In this document: piece by piece, positions 57,160 through 64,000 of the stretch | How positions within the stretch are numbered: the stretch's first letter is position 1 | How the letters are laid out: every line of letters starts with the position of its first letter | Assembly: GCA_030390025.1 (NCBI GenBank) | Contig: CM059438.1 | Coordinates: 53,570,001-53,634,000, forward strand | Reading direction: 5' to 3' | DNA: 64,000 nt | DNA from: Squalus acanthias | Lineage: Eukaryota | The notes under the pieces: model-generated | Database searches by the model: none | What the model was told of the DNA's origin: nothing | The model's input: only the letters and a program-made list of their open reading frames with translations | Translations under genes and position numbers: made by a program

Positions 57160-58034
57160 GGCCGCGATTTTGTCAATGGATGCGGGTTGGGAGCGGATCA
57201 GGTGGTTTCCGGCTTCCAGTCCCACCCCCAACTGCATCTGGCCCACGGACATGATTTTACGTTGATTGACCTTGTTAAGGTCGCCCTGCGGGCTTGCTGG
57301 CCAATTAAGAGGAAGCCGGTCAGATGACATCATTTGATGACGCAGCATCTGCCGGTTTTCTTAAAGGGACCATGCACAATTTATTTTGACAGCTCATTTC
57401 TCAGTGTTTGACAGCATTGAGATGCTGCAAACACTGACAATCACTGTACAAAGGTGAGCTCTTGCACCCAGGCTCTCCAGTGACTCCCTCCATAGGCTGG
57501 AACAGATGGCAGCTGCAGGTGAGGTGACAGGAGCGATCTGTCACTAGTGAGAGAGGGTCTCCCAATGAGGTGGCACTGAACATCATTTACAAAACTTGTT
57601 ACCTAAAGAAATGTGTAAATGCATTAAAAATGATTTTCCCAACATTTTCTTACCTCTGAGACTCACCAGTGCACCATTGGATCCTTCACACCACTTCTAC
57701 AGCTGTCATCAATGCAGTAACATTACTGCAGACTCACAACACGCCACACTTACCTGGCGTGGTGTCCGGACATCGGGAATCCCGCGGCAGAAGGGGCAAA
57801 ATTAAAAAAGAGCCTGTCAACTACTATCAACTACCTGTTCACAGGCAGGTAAGTGGCTTTAATCCTCTTCCCGCCGCTAGGTGTCGGGTCCATGCGCAAA
57901 TCGGGGACCCGACACTTGGGAAAATTATTTGGAGGCGGGTTGACGGCGGGATCGGACCCCGCCGTCAATCAAAACGATTTTATCCTTTCACCTGCCTCCA
58001 AACCCACCCTCTCGGTGCCGATAAAATCACACCC
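57160..58034. mobile_element. Non-autonomous DNA transposon (Harbinger-like) inserted in CR1
   Basis: Interrupts CR1 ORF2; imperfect TIRs GGCCGCGATTTT and AAAATCACACCC. Confidence 0.6.
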
Positions 58035-59126
58035 ATGGTATTTGTTTAATTTCTCTGCCATTTCCTTATTCCCCATTATAATACTCCTGTCTCAGCCTGT
58101 AAGGAACCCACATTTACTTTTGCTAATCTTTTCCTTTTAACATACCTTTTATCTTTTACATCTTTTAGGAATCTTTTACAGTCTGTTTTTATGTCTCTCG
58201 CTAGTTACTCTCATTCTATTTTCCCTTTCTTTATCAATTTCTTGGTCCTCCTTTGCTGAATTCTAAAATCCTCCCAATCCTCAGGCTTACTACTCTTTTT
58301 GGCAACATTATAAGCCTCTTCCTTTGATCTAATACTATCTTTAACTTCTCTTGTTAGCCACGGTTGGACCACTTTTCCTGTGGGGGTTTTTGTGCCTTAA
58401 AGGAATGTATATTTGTTGTAAATTATGTATTAATTCTTTAACTGCTAGCCATTGCTTGTTTACCGTCATATCTTTTAATGTAGTTTCCCAATCTACCTTA
58501 GACAACTCGCCCCTCATACCTATATAGTTTGCTTTGTTTAGATTTAAGACCCTAGTTTCGGATTTAACTAAATCACTTTCAAACTCATTCTGAAATTCTA
58601 TCATATTATGGTCACTCTTCCCGAAAGGCCCCTTTACTACAAGGTTATTAATTAACCCTTTCTCATTGCACAATACTAGATCTAAAATAGCCTGTTCCCT
58701 AGTTGGTTCCTCAACATACTGATCTAGAAAACTATCTTGTATACATTCCATGAACTCGTCCTCCACACTATTACTGCAAATTTGGTTTGCCCAGTCTATA
58801 TGTAGATTAAAGTCCCCCATGATTACTGTACTACCCTTGTTACATGCGCCTCTAATTTCCTGATTTATACACTGCCCTACATTACAACTACTGTTTGGGG
58901 GGCCTATAAACAACTCCCACCAATGTTTTCAGCCCCTTGCTGTTTCTTCGCTCCACCTAAACTGATTCTACTTCTTGATTTTCGGAGCTAAGATCCTTTC
59001 TCTCTACTGTCTTTATCCCATCCTTTATTATCAGGGCTACCCCTCCTATTTTTCCATTTTGCCTATCTCTTCTAAAAGTTAAGTATCCTGGAATATTTAG
59101 TTCCCAACCTTGGCCACATTGCAACC

Positions 59127-60547
59127 GGGGGGGCGACTTTCCCAGCCCCGAGGAGGCGGGTTTGGAGGCGGGACAGTTGGCAAAATGGCAAAAACTGAGG
59201 GCGGGTTCAGAACCCGCCTCCGCGCAATTTTGCCGGAGGCGGGTTTGATGGGTGCGATTCGGTCCCGCCTCCATCAATCCGGAGCGGTAGTTAAGACCCT
59301 TAAATTGTAGTTAAGGGCCTCTATAATCCTATTTTGACAGGCCTTTGTTATTTTACCACATTTTCAGCGTGTTGCACGACCCTCCTAAACCACACCAGCC
59401 AATCCTGATGGGTTGACAAGTGGGTGGCCTCCTCACAGCCGCAGCTCCACCATTAAAACGGAGCTTTCATCAGGGAGCAGTTGCAGGTGGCAGAACTTTT
59501 GTTCCAAAGGTCTTCCAGCACTTTTAGCAGGCCGACCGAAGTCGGAGGTGCTGCAGCTTCTATCTCTCAACTGTGGGACCTCCTTGGAAGACCCTCTCCC
59601 CACTTGGACTGAGCGCTTCCCCAACGGAGATATCTGCCAGCAGCATGGGAACCATTTATTTCCTTTCACCATGGAGCTCAGATTCGGATGAGCAGCAGCC
59701 ACGGCAGCAGCAGAACCAGGCAGCTCAGCAGCAACAGCAGCAGGAGCCCCAACCTCCTGCTCATCCACCTGATGCTGCACAGGGCATGCACAGGGCAGAA
59801 GGCGCCAGCGCATGGAAGCACGTCGTGCAAGGAATGCACTCATCCTGGCCAGATTTGCATAGGTTGCCCATTGTGGCCCATGTACTTGGCTCCTTCTTAA
59901 CACATGATAGACAATGGACATGACTCTCTGGCCCCCTTTCACTCTGACCACCAACCTGACCACGCAAGTGTCGCGGAGCCCGCAATGTGCCATCACGCCA
60001 ACAGTTTGCCATCACCTAATTTTAATACATTCCCACAGGGATGGCATTTCATCAATAAACAGAAACAATCACCCAATCTGCACACAGATCTGGAGGTTAT
60101 ATCCCTTGCCAGCTGGACCCACACAGCCTTGGTTTCTTTGGGAGGCCTCTTCCTCCCAGATGAGGGGAAGAGCACCTCCCTGCTGGCTCTCGCTCCCTCA
60201 ACCAGCATACCCAGCGCCTCATCCGAGAACCTCGGGGAGGCCCTTGCCTTGGAGTTGGCCATTGTTGAAGCAGATAACAGCTTGGAGGTGGTGCAGCATC
60301 GACCAAAAACCAGTGGAATGAGCCAAGGCAGCAAGCAGCCCTTAAATGAAGCTGGATAAGTGACATCAGCAGAGGCGAGTTTCAGTCCCAAAACACTAAT
60401 TGGCCCAGGGGAACCCACACCTCTGAAATCAACTGGCCAATTAGGGGAAAATCGCAAATTTTTCCCACCTCTCAGTGGAGGCGGGTTTGGAACCCACCCA
60501 AACCGAAACCCGCCTCCAACCCGCCTCCATTGGGAAAATCGCGCCCC
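59127..60547. mobile_element. Internally deleted Harbinger transposon with a Myb/SANT gene remnant
   Basis: TIRs GGGGGCGACTTTCCCA and TGGGAAAATCGCGCCCC; - strand MANSKARASPRFSDEALGMLVE...REVLFP...WVQLA from 60262. Confidence 0.78.
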
Positions 60548-60978
60548 ACGTCTCTGTAATGGTTGTTAGATCAAACTAATTAATTTCTATCTGCGTTATT
60601 AATTCATCTATTTTGTTGCGAATGCTTCGCGCATTCAGATAAAGTACCTTTAGCTTTGACTTATTTCTATTTTTCCCTGATGTCACCTTAGTCACTGATG
60701 CCTTATTACCTTTGTTACTCTCTCTGTCCCTTCCTGACATTTCTCTCTCTGCTTTTAAATTTACTCTTTCCTGAATCCTCCCACCCCCCCTTCATTAGTT
60801 TAAAGCCCTGTCTACTGCCCTAGTTATTCGGTTCGCCAGGACACTGGTCCCAGCCCGGTTGAAGTGGAGACCATCCCAACGGAACAGCTCCCTCTTTCCC
60901 CAGTACTGGTGCCAGTGCCGCATGAACTGAAACCCCTTCCTCCCACACCACTCTTTGAGCCACGCATTTAAACCTCTA

Positions 60979-61676
60979 GGGGGAAAAATTGGGTTGATTT
61001 GCGCTTCGGGGGCGCTAACGGGGTGCAAATCCCCTGGCGCCCAGGCGTGGCGCCGTTAACACCTCGCGCAAAATTCAGCAGGAGGTTAGCGGCGGCGGGA
61101 GCCAGTGGCGCCCCGCAGCGCTGCGCCGCTGGTGATGACATCATCACCGTGCGCAGCGCCCTGTTCACGCCCTGGCCACAAACTTGGGTTGCGCCCCTGA
61201 CCTATCGACGGACGATATGTCCGACAGGGTCAGGGTGGCAGTTTTGCAGCCGCGGCGGCGCTACTTGAAGGCCAAGTGTCGGGCGGCCATTTTTTTTTGG
61301 CCGACTGCCAGCACCTGCCCCCTTCCCCCTTTTTTCTTCAGGGTGCCGGCTGCGATTGCTCAGCCCGGCACTCCTCTTGAGTGCCGGGCTGTTTTCACGG
61401 CACCCCGCTCCCCGGTGGTCCAGCAGGGCCCTGGTGCATGCAGCGCTAGGCCCCTCCCCTTTAATCAGGGAGGGTGGCCTGTAATACCGCGGCACTACGT
61501 GCCGACACGTGTGGCACTGTTGCGTGTAGCACCGCGATATTCAGTTGTAGCGCCCCAAGAAGGTGGAGCGCTTCCAGCGCTACAACTGAATTTCACGCGG
61601 AGGGAAGGCCATTTTTTCGGGGCTAAAATTAGCGCCCCGGCGACGTTAGAAAGGGGCAACACCAAATTTTTCCCCC
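60979..61676. mobile_element. GC-rich Harbinger-like MITE, same family as 48768-49427
   Basis: TIRs GGGGGAAAAATTGG and CCAAATTTTTCCCCC; splits CR1 ORF1. Confidence 0.78.
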
Positions 61677-62098
61677 CAATCTGCTTGTCCCTGTGCCAAT
61701 TTGCACGTGGCTCAGGTAACAATCCAGAGATGGATAACCTTTGAGGTTCTGCTTTTTAATTTGGATCCTAGCTTTCAAACTCCCTCAGCAGAACATCATT
61801 CCTAGTTCTACCTATGTCGTTGGTTCCTCCGTGGACCACAACAACTGGATCCTCCCCTTCCCACTCCAAGTTCTCCTCCAGCCATGAGGCGATGTCTTTA
61901 ACACAACCTTCGGAACTCTCGGTCGCGGCTGCAGAGAGCAATATCAATCCCCCTGACTATACTGTCCCCTACCACAACTACATTCCCTTTCACTCCCCCC
62001 ACTTGAATGGCCTCCTGCACCATGGTGTCATGGTCAGCTTGCTCATCCATCCTGCAGGCTTTTCCCTCATCCACACAGGCAGCAAGAACCTCATACCA

Positions 62099-62359
62099 CT
62101 TCATCTAGAGGCATCTTTTGTTTCTTAACTTGTCCCATTACTATCTCCTTTTGCCTTGCACCAACATCCCTTTTGTCTCTTAATCTCTCCTGCCTTCCAT
62201 CCTATCACAGACTTTCCCTACACTTGCTTAAAAACCTGTTCATCTCCAGCTTTTTCCAGTTCTGACAAAGGGTCATTGACCTGAAACGTTAACTCTGTTT
62301 CTCTCTCCACAGATGCTGCCTGACCTGTTGAGTATTTCCAGCATTTTCTGTTTTCATTT
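62099..62359 (+). mobile_element. Penelope-derived short insert with a degenerate hammerhead motif
   Basis: Flanked by a ~14-bp TSD AAGAAC(C/T)TCATACC; contains AGTT-CTGACAA-AGGGTCATTGACCT-GAAACGTT-AACT. Confidence 0.65.
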
Positions 62360-62680
62360 AAGAACTTCATACCTGTTGGACAAGGACAAAGGCTGAGGCT
62401 CCTCCAGCACTGCACCTGGGGCCCCTTACCTGCCTGAGTCACAGTCACACCCTCCTGTACCTGACCACTAACCTGACCTGTACCACTACCTAATCTAAGG
62501 GGTGTGACTGCCTCCTGGATCAAAGTGTCCAGGTAACTCTCCCCATCCCTGATGCCCCGCAATGTCGGTACCTCAGACTCCAGCTCAAAAACTCTGAGCT
62601 GAAGTTCCTCAAGATGCAGGCATTTACTGCAAACGTGGTTGTCCGGGATCACAATGCTCTCCACAAACTCCCACATGCTG

Positions 62681-62885
62681 CGATGTGGAGATGCCGGTGT
62701 TGGACTGGGGTGGACAAATGTGAGAAGTCGCACAACACCAGGTTATAGTCCAACAGCTTTATTTGAAATCACAAGCTTTCGGAGCGCTGCTCCTTCGTCA
62801 GGTGAAGGAGCAGCGCTCCGAAAGCTTGTGATTTCAAATAAAGCTGTTGGACTATAACCTGGTGTTGTGCGACTTCTCACTTTTG
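62681..62885. mobile_element. Penelope-like inverted pseudo-LTR (77-bp perfect palindrome)
   Basis: Arms at 62720-62796 and 62804-62880; 12-bp TSD TCCCACATGCTG at 62669-62680 and 62886-62897. Confidence 0.8.
62769..62805 (-). ncRNA. Minimal type I hammerhead ribozyme motif
   Basis: UCAC-CUGACGA-A-GGAGC(AGC)GCUCC-GAAAGCUU-GUGA: stem I, intact core, stem II and palindromic helix III. Confidence 0.7.
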
Positions 62886-63023
62886 TCCCACATGCTGTAG
62901 TTGCGGCACACCACCTGCACTGCCATCCCTATATGACCTTGTTTTATTTAATTAAAGTTAATTAAATTTGTAATTAGGTAACTTAGTTTACAGTGTAGTT
63001 TCCTGACTACTTACTTGATCTAG

Positions 63024-63747
63024 CTTTTGATCTTACTTGGTCGCCTGAGGAAGAGAGTGTTTGAAGACCAGGATCTCAAACCCGGCACTAAGCTCATGGT
63101 CTACAGAGCAGTAGTGATACCCGCCCTCCTGTATGCCTCAGAGACATGGACCATGTACAGCAGGCACCTCAAAGCACTGGAGAGGTACCACCAACGCTGC
63201 CTCCGCAAGATCCTGCAAATCCATTGGCAGGATAGGCGCACCAATGTCAGTGTTCTCGCTCAGGCCAACATCCCCAGCATCGAAGCTTTGACCACGCTCG
63301 ATCAGCTCCGATGGACGAGCCACATCGTCCGTATGCCCGATACGAGACTCCCAAAACAAGCGCTCTATTCGGAGCTCCGACACGGCAAGAGAGCCCCAGG
63401 TGGGCAGAGGAAACGCTTCAAGGACACCCTCAAAGCCTCCTTGAAAAAGTGCAACATCCCCACCGACACCTGGGAATCCCTGGCCGAAGACCACACAAAG
63501 TGGAGGAGAAGCATCCGGGAAGGGGCCTGAACACCTCGAGTCTCTTCACCAGGAGCAAGCGGAAACCAAGCGCAAGGAGCGCACATCAACCCAAGCACCC
63601 CACCCACCCGCCCCTTCAACCACCCTCTGCCCCACCTGTGACAGAGACTGTAGGTCCCGCATTGGACTCATCAGTCACCTGAGAACTCATTTTTAATGTG
63701 GAAGCAAGTCATCCTCAGTTCTGAGGGACTGCCTAAGAGAAAGAGAG
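63024..63747 (+). mobile_element. 5'-truncated RTE/BovB-type LINE
   Basis: TKLMVYRAVVIPALLYASETWT...RLPKQALYSEL..GGQRKRFKDTLK; 11-bp TSD ACTTGATCTAG. Confidence 0.88.
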
Positions 63748-64000
63748 ACTTGATCTAGATTAAGTTATGGGTACTGAAATTAAATATCTACCTGTAACAC
63801 AAAGCACTACAAGTATTGTAAGCAAAAAGCAACAACTCCTTCCCCCTCTTCTCTGAATTCCCACTCTTTCCAAATTCCCAAACTCTGTTTAAGTCCACTC
63901 TGTTTGAAACAGTATTGCCCCAGGAGCGAGACCCCCACATTGGCACCCCCAGCTCCCTGGCCAGGGGAGCCTCCCCTGACTCCACAGTCTGGCGGGGTGA

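Larger units (their letters stand above)
55040..63012 (-). mobile_element. Near full-length CR1 LINE (ORF1 Zn-finger/esterase; ORF2 endonuclease-RT) broken by nested insertions
   Basis: ORF1: CSKCLHLEELQLRV, VVVGDSIVRG, WDGLHFN. ORF2: IMGDFNLH/LDLVL/SDHN, GVPQGSVLGP, FADD. Tail (TTCTTATG)n at ~55040. Confidence 0.88.

Overview
Vertebrate genomic DNA; the CR1/L2/Penelope/Harbinger repeat content suggests a cartilaginous fish (inference). Bases 1-5791 are a ~28-30 bp GT-rich satellite. Bases 5792-38182 are a cluster of young endogenous retroviruses of one lokiretrovirus-like lineage. Element A (+) has a 1.6 kb LTR, PBS, gag and pol, and is cut at 13703 by an inverted head-to-tail array of a related element B (-). 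B has a unit length of 11,047 bp, with 2 complete units, 3 shared LTRs and the start of a third unit running into a 500-N gap. The viruses have two RNase H domains, an Env resembling Mononegavirales fusion proteins with an Ig-like domain, a UGA-CUAG gag-pol readthrough junction, an overlapping PSAPPSY late motif, and a gag ATG inside the tRNA-Arg primer-binding site. Right of the gap are two coding exons and a probable promoter/non-coding exon of a selenoprotein U (PRXL2A/FAM213A) gene on the - strand, with an in-frame TGA in a UxxC motif and a GC-AG intron. These lie among Harbinger elements, L2, CR1, Tx1 and RTE LINEs, MITEs, minisatellites, and Penelope-derived inserts carrying minimal hammerhead ribozyme motifs. 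All calls come from reading the sequence by eye; no searches were run.
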